From contig CDMY01000316.1 in the NCBI GenBank assembly GCA_001179505.1, forward strand, positions 60,561 through 124,560: DNA of 64,000 bases. The letters are read 5' to 3'. Made by a program: the position numbers and the translations under genes. Of the stretch, positions 1 through 12,555 are shown piece after piece. Origin of the DNA: Vitrella brassicaformis CCMP3155. Its lineage: Eukaryota > Protista > Chromerida. The notes under the pieces were generated by a model. That model saw only the letters and a list, made by a program, of their open reading frames with translations. It had not been told where the DNA came from and made no database searches. Numbering within the stretch: the stretch's first letter is position 1; the number at the start of each line of letters is the position of its first letter.

Positions 1-572
1 CAATGAACGAAGCTCAGACGTGGGAGGCTGGGCGGGAGAGGAAGCGGGAGCTGCCCTCACCACCACGGATGACTGGCAACCTCCTTCTACTTTGCTCCTG
101 GTTTTTCGGTCGCGTCTGCGAGTCATGGGGGCCTGCGTGTGTGGGTGTGCGGGGTGGGTGGGTTGGCTGCCTGTCAGTGTGTGCGCACGTGTCTTGCGCG
201 AGTCGATTTGCTGCACGTCTGTCTTTCGTGTGTCGGCTGTACAAAAGCACTCATTGTTCGTCGTGTCAGTCAACGATGGGACTCGATGACAGACAGACAC
301 ATCGAATACTGACTGTACGTCACACGCACACAAAAACGACTGCAACTAAAGACTAAAGGGAGGGAGGGAGAGAGGGAGGGAGAAAGGAGAAAGGCACAAC
401 ACAGCACAGCAAACGTGCGCCGGCCCATATGGATGGATGGATGGATCAATACTGCTCCTTGATGACATGTACTCTGGCTGCCCCACTGATGCATGCTGGC
501 CGACACGCATCACATGCACACGAAAGTACGAAGGAAGGGGTGCAGGAGCACACGATTACACAACACACCCAC

Positions 573-628
573 ACAGCATGCCCGCCCGTATGCAAGCATG
601 ACAGCATGCCCGCCCGTATGCAAGCATG
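573..628. repeat. 28-bp perfect tandem duplication (x2)
   Basis: acagcatgcccgcccgtatgcaagcatg occurs at 573-600 and 601-628, downstream of the ORP stop. Confidence 0.9.
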
Positions 629-1146
629 CAATCATATCGGTGAATGCCACTGATTTCTCTCTCTGTGTGTTTGCGAGCCATCCAGGACGAATCTTCGCTG
701 ACGTAACAACACGTCAGCAAATACGCGTTCATGGTGTCTCTCCTACACACAGGAGAAACAATCATCCCACCGACGACCAATCGAAGCAATTAAGTGCTGC
801 CTGTCTGGTTGCCGTGTCTGTCTGTCTGTCTGTTCTACTCTACCTCTCGGTGTGGTCGTTCGCTGCACGTACGTACGTTCCGAGCTGCCTGCTGGTGGAC
901 TGGACTCCACCCCGATGGAAGCTCTCCTCCCAACGGCACACTGTGACTCCACTTGCAGTGTGTATGCAAGCAAGGTCGCACTACGCCGTCCAGAAGTCAG
1001 CATCCATCAGGGTGGGAGCAAAACCACCGAAAACGCAGAATGTCCCTCTCGACGGCAAATCAACCACACGCCACGCAAGGATGTCCACAAGACACGATGA
1101 GCGCATGTATGTAGCAAAATCATCCTTCAGTCAGTCAGTCAGTCAC

Positions 1147-4100
1147 TCAATTCTGCTCCTGTGCGGTGCGGTCTTCGCCCACCTCCCCACCACCGCCACC
1201 GCCCCCGCCCCCTTCATGCCCCTCATGCTCCTCGGCCACTCGCGGCGTCCCGCTAACAGACGTCTCCCTTGTTCTCGGCTGGTGCTCCTTGCCCACGCCG
1301 CCCGCTTCAATGCCAACACCACCAGTGGCACCGCCCTTGGTCGCCGCACTGGTAGAGTCCTGCGACAGCGCCGCTGCGCGCGATGACGACACGTTGGGCG
1401 CAGACGAGGAAGGGGGCGACACCGACGAGTCGGGGGACAGGGCCCTGCTGGGCGAGAGTGCTGGAGGGGTGGGAGGTGGCGTGGATGTGGGTCGGGGAGG
1501 GGGCGGTGCCTTCCTTCTCAGGGCGCGTTCGTATCGGTGTCGGTCTGAGATGCGGTCCTTGGCCTCTTGGGCGGCTCGCACGCGGCCCTCCGTGAGCAGT
1601 AGCAGGTCTTCGCGCAGGGTGGAGTCGGACTGCAGGAGGGCCTCGTCGGCCACCGGCAGCAGGGGGTAGTTGGGCGTCGTGCGGATGTCCCAATAACGCA
1701 CATTGTCGAAATCGAGGTAGCCCAGCCACGTACTGAGACCAAACACAGGCACAGGCAGACACGTGTGTTGGTGTTGCTGCGGGCGGGGGGCCAGGGGGCA
1801 GGTTTGGGTGTGTGTGTGGGTTTGTGCCCACCCGTTGACTCTGCTGAGTATGTCGCCGTAGCTGTCTTTGATGGTGCCCTCGAAGTAGTCGGTGGGCTTC
1901 CCCCGGACACTGCCAAACACATACTCACACGAGTTGCCTACACACATACACACACACACACGCAGACAGACAGACAGACAGACGAGATCGATGCACATGA
2001 AGCATGCAGGTCGATTTACCTACCCAGTGAGTCCTCCACACGCATCCTTCCGAGGATCTCGTGGCGACACACAGGGCCGTACAGAGTGCCTGAGTGCCAC
2101 ACCACATGCGTTGAAAAGCGAGCCGTTGCACACACCCACCAATACATGGATGGATGGCTACCCCTTGTGTGTATTTCACCTACCTGTCCAGACGTCCCTG
2201 GGCAGTTTGGTCATGGTGACGGTGTGCCCGTCGGTGAAGTCGACGAACCGCTTCCCCGAGTTGTACAGGTGCATCTGGTTCAGAATGGCGTAGGCGCTGA
2301 AGATCGAGTACCCCCAAAACAGAAAACGGTCCTCCGCACCCACAATCTGACAAAGGCACATGGACAGATGGATGGATGGATGGAAGCGTCAAATGTGCCT
2401 GTGGCTACTCACCTGCCAGTGGGTCGTTTGGGGCACGTGCGCTGTCTGCTCTGAGTAGATGCGGGTGCCGTCTGCAGGCGGCAGAGAGACACAGTGACAA
2501 GCACAGCCACGTGCATGACGCCGCCAACATACACAGCGGCACAACACACACATACCTGGGAGGAAGGCCTGGTAGGTCTCCCCGAGAGTGGGGTTGATCT
2601 GACCATTACCAACACAGACCACAGACCACACACAGACATGAGAGCGGTGTCTACGCGTGTGCGCCACGCCATCGATGATCACGCCGACTCACACACCGGT
2701 TTGAGGAAGTCTGAAGTGACGTGCAGTGAGGCAATGTACATGGCGACCACCAGCTTGAGCCGCTCAATGGGGTTGCGACTCGCGGCAGCTCGACGCAGAT
2801 ACAATGGCACGTACGCTGCACGGTGAGGGACAGCCAGACACACACACACACACATACATACACACACGAGTTAACCTAACGCCCACACAGCCCACCCACC
2901 GAGCACACAGCGTGGAGCTGTGTCGGTCGCTTACTGCATGCGAGGGTGGTGGTTTGGAGTGAGGATCCGGGCTTGCTGCAGCGAATGGGGAACGATATCC
3001 GAGTCAGGTTGAAGTTGCCTGCAGAGGGAGGGAAGCAATGGGGGGACAGACAAAAGGCAGCAAGATGTCATCCGTGAGCCGCTTGATGAAAGGTCGAATG
3101 GAAAGCAATGCATACCCGAGAGAATCTGCCGCCCAATCCACTTGAGCACTTCCTGCATCGACACACACACACACACGAGCACACTTCCCATCTCCTCTCA
3201 ACTCATCTGCACCGAGCTGACCTTGGCCACAGACCGCACCAGCACAAAGGTGTCTCGATCGGCCAGCAGCAGACCCCCCTTGGCGTCGGTGGTGACGTCA
3301 CAGCAGGCGGGGCATTTGCGCGACCTGAGCCGCACGGTGCGGCCCGATGCGGGCCCCACCGATGTGGCTGTTGCGATGCGGAAGTCGTCACGGGAGAAGG
3401 GATGCACCCACTCGTCCACCTCCTGATCACAGTGACAGAGAGTGACAGCCTGAGTGTGCGTGTGTGTCTGTGTGTGTTGGTAGGTTGGTAGGTTGCCTTG
3501 AGTATTCCTTCGGGGTGCGCCTCGTCCCTCGAGAAGCACAGACTCTCACGCGCACGACGCACCACCTGGTTGTCAACACACAGCACAGTACTGCTTGACA
3601 GGTGTCATCACATCAATCCCCTCATATATTTCAGTGCGTAGGCCGACCGATTTGGCGTCGCATTCGAATTCCGAGTCGTTGATCATGGCGTCCATCAGGC
3701 CCTCGCTCATGGGATCTGCCGCATAGACACACACCACACACGGCAGACGTCAATATGTGCACTGGTGCATGTGTTGTGTCGGTGTCGGTGAGCGGCTCAC
3801 CTCCCCTCTCGAGGTAAGTGGCGGTGATTGATGTGTCGGAATCGTCCTGTGTGGGCAAGGCACGACAAACAAGAATCGCACACAGGCACACATCAGACAG
3901 ACGCTGGATGAGCCTCTGCGTGTGTGGCGGGGGATGGGCGGTGGGCGATTTACCCCGTCCGAGTCGATGTCGAAGAAATCGGGGTTTGCGGACAGCTGTG
4001 TGTCTAGTATGCGGTTGATGGACGCCTGCACCTCCGGCAGTCCCTTGGTCTGGTCAAGCAGCGCCCTCAAACTCACCGTCAACCTAAAGACATGTAGACA

Positions 4101-6280
4101 GACACCAGACACACCAGGTGTGTGGGATCGCTGCCACCCGTTCCGTTCCCCGCGCCGCGCCCTTTCCCTCATTATATCTGCGTACGTACGCCTTTTGTAG
4201 CCTCGTTTGCGCACTCACCGCGCCAACGCCCCCGCCATCCGCTATATGAGGTCACACACAGGCAAGGCAACCACTGAGCATCTTTTGACCCTCAACACAC
4301 CCCGCCCACCGACCCACCTGGTGCATTTGACACGTTCCTCCGGTGCCTCCTCTCGCTCCGCCGCTCCCTCGCTTCACCACCCACACGCAGTCCTCCACCC
4401 CCTGCCGCCGTTGTTGTCGGCTCGGGTGAGGGTGACTCGTCCATTGACGCCTCGACAGGCTGATGACCCGCATCAGTCACCACCGAGATCACTCCACCTG
4501 GAGAGAGGGAGCGTCCGCACATCCATCCATCCATCCATCCATTCGTGTGGATGGATGTGTTTGGCTTGCGTGCTGCGGGCGGCTGGCTCACCTCTATCGG
4601 CGATTTGTGTTGGGAGTGTTGCCGATGGGGGATGGGAGGTGTGTTGGTGCGGTGGGGGAGGAGGGGGTGGGTAGAGGACGGCCATGATGGTCCGGGGGGT
4701 CTCTATCAGCCCACGGGAGGTCTCGGTCACCAAGTCAAGCACACCTGACCAACACACACAGACACACATGGCAGATGGGATGTGTGTGTGCGTGCATCTG
4801 TTTGCGGCTGACATACCTACCAGCAATAGGTTTGCAGACGAGGTATGCGATGCCTTTTACGATGGCCAGCGGCAGCCTCTCCAGCCCGCCGCCCTTCTGC
4901 AGCTCCTGCAGCGGACACGTCAATGGGCCCAACACACCACCTGGCACAGCACACACCACACACAAGTGTGCAAGTCGATCAGCCAGCCAGGGAGGGTGGA
5001 TGTTTGTGTGGATGAACGAACGTACCGAGCACTTCAGCAGTGAACAGTATGAGTCCCCGGACCAGCCCCTGTGTGACGTCAGACGGGCGGCTGGAGCGGT
5101 CGCGATACGACTCATACGGCGGGTCATCAGGCCTCCTAAACACACACACACACACGCACACACGCACACACAGACAAAACACAACACAAGGGAACAATTC
5201 TCATACATCACTTTTCCTGCCTGCCTGTGTGGCGGGCGTCTCTGCCTGTACTTGCCTGAAGACGACGACTGGGCCGTCTCTGAGCATGTCGCTGAGGTTC
5301 TCCAAGCCCCAAAGAACCCTCTCCACAAGGGAGGCCACCAAACCCACCACCCACACCAACACTGACCCATCCACATCTGACAGACACAATCACACAACCA
5401 CACAACCACCCACAGTCCAGCCACCACACCACACGGTGCTCAAGGCCACACACCACAACTAGCGGCTGGTGGGTGGATCTTTCTCACCCTGTCTGATGGA
5501 AGGAGAACGATTGCTCCTGGGCGGTGCGATGATGGCCGGCCGTGTCCGTGTGCGGCTTGAGGAGGTTGTGGGCGGGGCAGCGGCAGCGGAGGGCATGGCG
5601 TGTGTGAACGCCTGGTAAAGGTCGTGGTACTCCCTCTTGGTGCCCGCCGTCACCTGGTAGACCTCACCACGCTCCCCGTGGACGCGGAACGAGAACGCAT
5701 CCTGACACGCTGACACACACACAGACACACACACACATGACATGCATATGCAGCCTGCACTGAGGAAGGGAGACCGACGGACGCGTGGGCGCGTGGGTGT
5801 GCTTACATGTCCACTCCGCGGGTGCCAGAGGCGCGACCTTCTGGATCCTGATCTCACGAAGGACCCGGGAAGACGGCCGCTGCATTGAGATAGACAGACA
5901 GGCAGACAGACAGGCGAGCAGATCTGTCAACAAACCGGCATGCACCTCCAGTGCACTCACCGCAGCCCACCTGGTGAGTGGTCATCTTCCCACGTTGCAC
6001 ATCGAGAGTGAAGAAGAGCTGTTTCAGGACGGGCCCCTCGTCCGTCGGCCCCTCCACCACTCGCCAGATCCGCCCCTCCCTGCTGCCGCCGCTGACACTG
6101 CTACTGTGGCCATTGCTGTTGGTGTTGCCTCGGATCTGTGCCGGCACTCCGACGCCGTTGTCCTCTCGCGGCGACACCGAGGGGTCTTCGAACTGCTGGT
6201 ACTCCCGCATGCCGCCTGCCACGCCGCCCTTGGTCATCATCATTGCCGGCCCCTCCTCGCAAGAGATGCATTCACCCATA
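1147..6280 (-). CDS. Multi-exon OSBP-related lipid transfer protein: N-terminal PH-like domain, VPS13/ATG2-type ATG_C-like helices, C-terminal ORD
   Basis: Spliced exons give ORD hallmarks: EVLKWIGRQILSG-NFNLTRISFPI, RNPIERLKLVVAMYIASLH, KP-INPTLGETYQ, SEQTAHVPQ, TWLGYLDFDNVRYWD, QSDSTLREDL and AQEAKDRISDRHRYER, stop at 1147. PH-like exons lie at 5500-6050 (VLKQLFFTLDVQRGK...AFSFRVHGERGEVYQVTAGTKREYHDLYQAFTH). The ATG_C-like segment is at 4680-5135. Intron phases are consistent throughout. The 5' end is uncertain (ATG near 6280). Confidence 0.85.
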
Positions 6281-6379
6281 TACAATGATGATACCCTGGC
6301 GACGTCAAGGCTGGTGCCTGGTGTGGCCCTGGCAACGGCGGAAGGAGAGATCTGCCGCCTCCTTTTCAAGCTCGCAATG

Positions 6380-8010
6380 AGGACTCAAGAGGAGTCGCGA
6401 TTGGACTGTGTGCAATAGCCTGTCGGCATTCGTGTTCGACGCAGGTGAAGCAGCTGACTCGACAGGTCTGGCGTATCATCCAGGGCGTCAGCCACCATCA
6501 GCCCGGTGACTTCCATCTCTCTCATGGGGTCGTGTTTCCTCCCAAGACCTGCAGAAAGGAAAGGCCTGGCTGGCGGCAAGAAGGCCCCGTGCGAGAACAA
6601 GAGCACCGAAGATATAGGGAGGCGGTGACTTAGCGGCAGACTACCTGCGAGGGAACGGCAATGGGTCAGCTGTGACCAAGAAGGGCTGCTGTACACCAAG
6701 AAGGAGAGGTCAGGCACCGCACCCACGGCACACGGCCACGAAGACTGTCGTGTGTTGGTCTGTGTGTCACGCCGCATGTGTGTATGTGCGCAGACAGACT
6801 GGAGGCTCAGGACGTGAAGGACTAATCAGACGACTGACTCGAGTACGTCACTGCCGAGTGATTGAGCGATCCACGCATGGCACCATCGTGTGTGCTGCTG
6901 GTGCAGTCTCAGCCACGATTATGTGTTGGCGTCGCTGGCCACTCCTGCTGAAGTGCATGAGTTGGAGTGAAACCGGTGGCTCGTCGAGCTAGCTCATGGA
7001 GACGGCCGTCGAGCTCAGCATGCAATGCCGCTGCAGAGCGGCGCATCCAAACCCACTAAGGCACCCGCAGCCGAGCAGCCGAGCAGCCGAGCGCCGCAGA
7101 AGCTGCTGCGTGTGCCTCCACGCCGACATCCGCTGCTGAAGGGTGGGATGAGAAGGGAGGAACACGCGACGCACCATCTTCATTGCATCTCTGTATGTAT
7201 CGCTTCCTCGTGTGCACCAATCAGGTGTGGCGTGCCAGTGTGTGGTGGGATGCCAGTGAGTGCTGTTGGACGAGTCGTCGACGGAGGAGCAGCTGCTCCT
7301 CTGAGGCAATACAAGACTTCGTCAGCGAGAGCGGTCCGTATGGTGACCATTAGGCATCCCGCTGGATGTACGTGTCTGTCTCTGTCGCTGTGTGTGTGTG
7401 CCAGGTTGGAGTGAGTGTGACATCTCTCGTGTGTGTCAGATGACGGACGGACGAGTCCGTGGAGTCCGAGGCCTCACAAGAGCACCACGCCCTGCAGCAC
7501 GAGTCATACATATCCATCTCTCCGTTTGCCTGTCTGCCCATCGCTGACTGCTACTCCTCTGGAGTCGCTCAGCAGCATCGCAGCGGTGGATGCCAAACGG
7601 GCGCCGGCCGGCCATCCACGCCGCTCTCCGTCACGCCGCACTCGAGAAGGAGGAGACGGCTGGTGCTGCTGCTGCCTATGGTGATGGCGGGGAGGGCACG
7701 TGCGCCACGTGCCTCACTTTCTGCAGTCGTATTCTTGCCATTTCTGCAGCAGGTCAGTCACGACGCACACGACGGTGACGATGGATCACGCACGCTGCAC
7801 ACCCATTCTTACCTTGCTGTTGTGTGTTGTATGTGTGCAGGAGTGTCTGTGTGAGGGTTGCTGCCGTGACATGACGGCAAAACACGAGGCGGCTGTAGCT
7901 CTCATGCGCCTCTGGCGCGCACTCGAATCAGTGGCTGTGTACGTGTGTCTGTGCGTCTGTATTTGTGACAGACTTCTTCATTCGGCTGCGTGCCTCATTG
8001 CTATGTTGTG
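6380..8010 (+). other. Unresolved plus-strand spliced locus (hypothetical gene or decayed gene)
   Basis: Several plus-strand intron-like units (gt...tgtgtg...cag at about 6710-6793, 7369-7405, 7753-7840, 7938-7970) flank exon-like pieces such as ECLCEGCCRDMTAKHEAAVALMRLWRALESVA. I could not build a stop-free model. Confidence 0.3.
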
Positions 8011-8439
8011 CATGAGACGATGGACCCGACCGTGTCCGTCCATTTGTGCCCTTCTGTCATAGTATATGTGAATATCACTCGGCCACCGTCGCGCACACAT
8101 GGTTCATGTAAGGTTCACATCGTAAGTGACGCGCACACACACACGCAATCACGTACACTTCGATGGGTCCGTCTGCTCGAGAGCAGCACGGGCGAGCAGC
8201 TGGCACATGCAAGTGGTCAAAGCATGCACTCAATGAGTGCACGGCTGTGTTATTCCATGTAGCTACGCCGGCCAGAGGGCGGGCACACATCCCTTCTGCC
8301 CTCTTAATTCATCTACAGCAGACGCCTGCATGCACCTCCCATCTAATTCAGACATGCATCTCACTCAAATAGCCACTCGTCCTCGTCGGGCGAATTCGGC
8401 ACGTGGTGCGTCGCACGGTAGGAGGTCTTCCGCCGCTTG

Positions 8440-10441
8440 GGACTACTGGGCAGCTGCAGGCATATAGCAAATAATCACAGAGTGAGACGTTTTTGTATGC
8501 ATGTCAGTCACGTGTACCTGAGTGGCTTTCCCCGCAGGCCGCTTGATGCCGGCGGCGTACCATGTGGCGTACCGGCGGCGGGTGATGTCGTCACAAACTA
8601 ACCCCGCTGGTTGACTGAGCCGACAGGGAGACGGGAGGCAGCCACACATGCACTTCTGTGGCATGTCTGTCCCTCTTCTCTCTGTCTCTATGTGCATGTG
8701 TGTACGCAAGCTCGAGCAGCTTCCGGCAATTCTGGACACACACGCATGGACGAATGAATGAAGGAGTGAGTCAATCACCTCAGTGAGTGTGTGCCTATTC
8801 GTCTCTACCTTGACGCCAGCGCCCTCATGACCAACATGGCCATGCCCGCCCTTGGAGGAGGGCGAGCCACGGGGGGCCTTCTTGGCGTGGTGGTCAGGGG
8901 CTGCTGCCGCGGCAGCCCCTGACGAGTGTCGCATTCGACGCTCAGCTAACTTGAGCTCCAACTGATGGACAGAGACATACACAGAGAGAGGTGAGAGACA
9001 TGGGCAAATGTGTGTGTGTTTGAATGGGCTGTGTGTACCTTCGTCGGTTTGGTCTGGCACTTCTCCAACGCCTTGCGAAGGCGCTCCTCCAACTGCACCA
9101 GAGAGCGTGGCAGACAAAAACACCCACACGTGTTTCTCTCGCACAAGCGCACCTTCGCTACTTTCTGGGCAGCCTCTTGTTCGGCCCCCTGTGGCCGCTC
9201 GAGAGCCTGATTGACGTGACACAAGAGGAGCAGCTTTTGCTTTGGCGTCACACACACACCTCGCGCAGCTCGTCTTCTAACAACTGAATCTGCACACGTG
9301 GAATGGTCAGATGATGACACACATGCTCACACCTGGTGGGTGTGGTGTCGGAGTGTGTGCGCGCGTCTCACCTTCTGCGTCAGCTCCTGGCATTTCTCGA
9401 AGTGTTTTGTGGCCCAATACTGAGGGCCATAGTCTGACAGAATCTCCTGTCATACACACGCACGCACCAAAACGACGACAACACTCACACACACAAACAC
9501 ACACGTGGCGTGCGGAGCGACCTACCTCGCCCTTGTTAATTTTCCTGACGGCGACGAGTACGACGGAGGGCACCGACCAGAGGAGGCACTCCTCTGCCCT
9601 GGCGTTCGGCGTCTTCTCCTGCTCAGGGGGAAAGTTCCGGTAGTCGTTTACCATCCCTGAGCAACAGAGCCATTCATGGAACATGACAGCATCGCGAGTG
9701 GGTGCATGTCGAACCAACCCATCTCTGAGCGCAGGTTGAAGCCGTCGAGACAGAACAGGCCCCCGCCGCCCTTTCCAGCCTCACGGTACAGCGACAGGTC
9801 GTACAGGTATCTGTCACTGTCTTTGCTCTCCTCCTTCCTCATTGCCGCTTCTTCGGCGCGAAGCACCACCCCGCCATACACACCTGTGTGACATGCAAAC
9901 AGCGTCCAGCCGCCACCGCACACAGTGTTTTCGGGTATCCACTCACCAAGAGTCGTGAAGGCCGGGATGTCAGGTGCCGCAAAACAGCCGTACGCAGTCC
10001 CGCCCTGCGAAATGCGCACCACCAAAGACAACATGGCATTGCGCATCCGCCCAGCAGCCCCTCATTACAACGTACCGTTTTGTCGAACGCGGGATGGTCT
10101 TCCTCCTCAATGCGGCTGATCACGACCATGGGCTCGTCGCGAGTGAGGGCCTCCCTGACGCTCTGCGTGAGGTTCTTCTTAGTCGTGGCGCTGGCGGCAA
10201 GCCCGTTGTTGCCGATGGCTATGCCCTTCTCGATCTCGTTGCAAGGCAGCGCCGTGATGGGCAGCTTAATGCCCGTGAATGATTGGCCCTCGAGCGTCAG
10301 ATGCTGCAGCATGTCGGCGCGGGGGAAGGGCTTCCTCTTGTTGAGCATTTTCTTGTAGCCGGCGAGCAGGGATGCCTCCAGATCAGCCCGCCAGTATGAT
10401 CCGGCCGCGTACATTACGCCCGGTGGCCACTCCCCCATCAT
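8440..10441 (-). CDS. SET-domain lysine methyltransferase-like protein with coiled-coil/basic C-terminus
   Basis: Spliced exons read HPAFDKT-GGTAYGCFAAPDIPAFTTLG-VYGGVVL ... MVNDYR ... VVLVAVRKINKGE-EILSDYGPQYW, which covers SET motif I, the motif III equivalent and GEEI..xY. ATG at 10441; the 3' end is approximate. Confidence 0.8.
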
Positions 10442-10657
10442 GCTGCGAATCCTTGCGGATGTTCCAGTTCAGCCCATCCCCGTTCGAAGTTTACGAATGT
10501 TTACTTTGGGTCTGGCGACAATAGACACGCGCACAAATAGCCGGACGTGGAACACCTTAGCTCGCATTGGTAGCCCGGGAGTCTGGGAATAGGAATTGGG
10601 CGTTGTCGGCATCCTAGCATCGTACCGCAGTAGTTCCGACGTTTCGAGCGGCCAGCG

Positions 10658-12517
10658 ATGGCGAGAAATCGCCGGAATCGCAACCAGCAGCGGAGATATG
10701 GCGGGCCTCAGCCGCGACCTCAGCCGAGGCGTGGCGGCCGCACCGACTACGATGACGACGGCTACCATTACGAGTACTATTATGGGCCTCCTGGGGGCGT
10801 GCACTTCTTCACCGAGCCTCCCAAGATAGGCGTGTGGCGGATGGTGGAGCTGTGGGCGGTTGGGATGTACGTGTGGGTGATGCTGCTGCGGGAGTACTTG
10901 ATCGACCTCCTATACCCCACCAAGGCGCAGCAGGACGCCAGACGGACGTGGCAAGACTATCAGCGCAGGAAACAACAGGTGCGCTGGCCGATCCACACAA
11001 ACGACACCTCACACAGAGGACCACACAGAGGAGAAGCGAGCGTGTTTATGTGGGTGTGTGTCATGTGCATTGACTGACGCAGGAGGAAGAATGGCGGCGC
11101 GGCGGGTGGGACAACGAGGAGGGTGCCGATGGCGGCCGCTGGGGCGATAGTGGTGTGCAGGAGGAAGAGGAGGACAAGGGCCCGCCGCCACACGAGGTCC
11201 TGGGGGTCAGCGAAGACGCGTCAGAGAAGGAAATACGCAGCGCATACAAAAAGAAGGTATCAACGCCAAGCCATACTCGACCACTTTCCCACCCACCTTG
11301 TCTGTTGTGTTGTGTGAGATGTGGTGCAGGCGCTCATCCTGCATCCGGACAAGAACCCTGGCAAGGAGGAGTGGGCCAAGAAGCAGTTCCACGCCCTCGG
11401 CCGGGCGCACGAGGAGATGATGAAGCGCATCAACGCCAAGAGGGCTGCCGAGACCACCAACGACAGCACTGACAATGACAATGAAAACAACGAGACCGGC
11501 GAGCAGGACACCCCCAACAACGAGACGGACCAAGGTAGGCAGCCGTGGCAATGGATCGGTGTTGTCGGTCGCTGTGTCAGCCAGCCTCTGTGGTCTGCAT
11601 ACATAGGTCGGTATCTGCTTGCTGTGTTGATTTGATGTGTATCAGATGGGCCCTCCGGGGCCGCCAGCCCTCGCGAGCGGGCCAGGGAGGAAAAGAAGAA
11701 ACGAAAAGAGGCGGAGAGAGAGTTCGAGCGGTGAGGGAGAGAGTGAGTGAGTGCGTCCACCCAGCCACCGAGCCACCCGTGGGCACCCAACACACACACA
11801 CACACACACACACATGTTTTGTGTGTTCCATGTGTGTGCAGTCAGTGCAAGGCTGAGGATCAGCGGCTCAAGCAGGCCAAGGCGCAGCGGGCCAGAGAGG
11901 AGGCGGAAGGGTACAACATGCACAAAGACCACGCACAGGATGGTCGCTCTCCATTTCATATTTATTGTGTGTGTGTGGTGCAGGAGTTCTTCGGCAGCAG
12001 GTTTGGCGGACGGCTGGGACGGCTCGAGCCACGGGTTGTACAGCGAGTACAACAGCCCAGGCCACCTGCAGGCCATCATTCGCGAGGACTGCCTGTAAGA
12101 CATAAGACCCTCGCGCACAACACACACACACACACCATGCTGTGGTCGATTCCCCGTGTGCCTGTATCAGTCACCTGTTCGTCAAGATGCTGGTCGACCA
12201 GGTGCTGGTCGATCAGGAGGGCGTGGAGTCCCTGGCGTCCTTCCTGACCCAGGACTTGGGCCGCGGTTCCACCCCGCTGCACTTCTGCGCCTTCTTCGGA
12301 CGGATCTTTATCGCAGGCAGATTGGTCCAGGTAAATAAATAAAGAGACGAACCAGCATCGACGAGAAACAGCGGCATGTTACGGAGTGTTTCATGTGTGT
12401 GTCCTTGTCTGTCTGCATGAATGCAGCTTGCCCAGCAGCTCACTGATATGCGCGTCGAGCCGCTGCTGTTCAAAACTCTCATCATGCAGAAAAACCAGGT
12501 GGGTGAACCTCCGCCTG

Positions 12518-12555
<38 letters not shown>

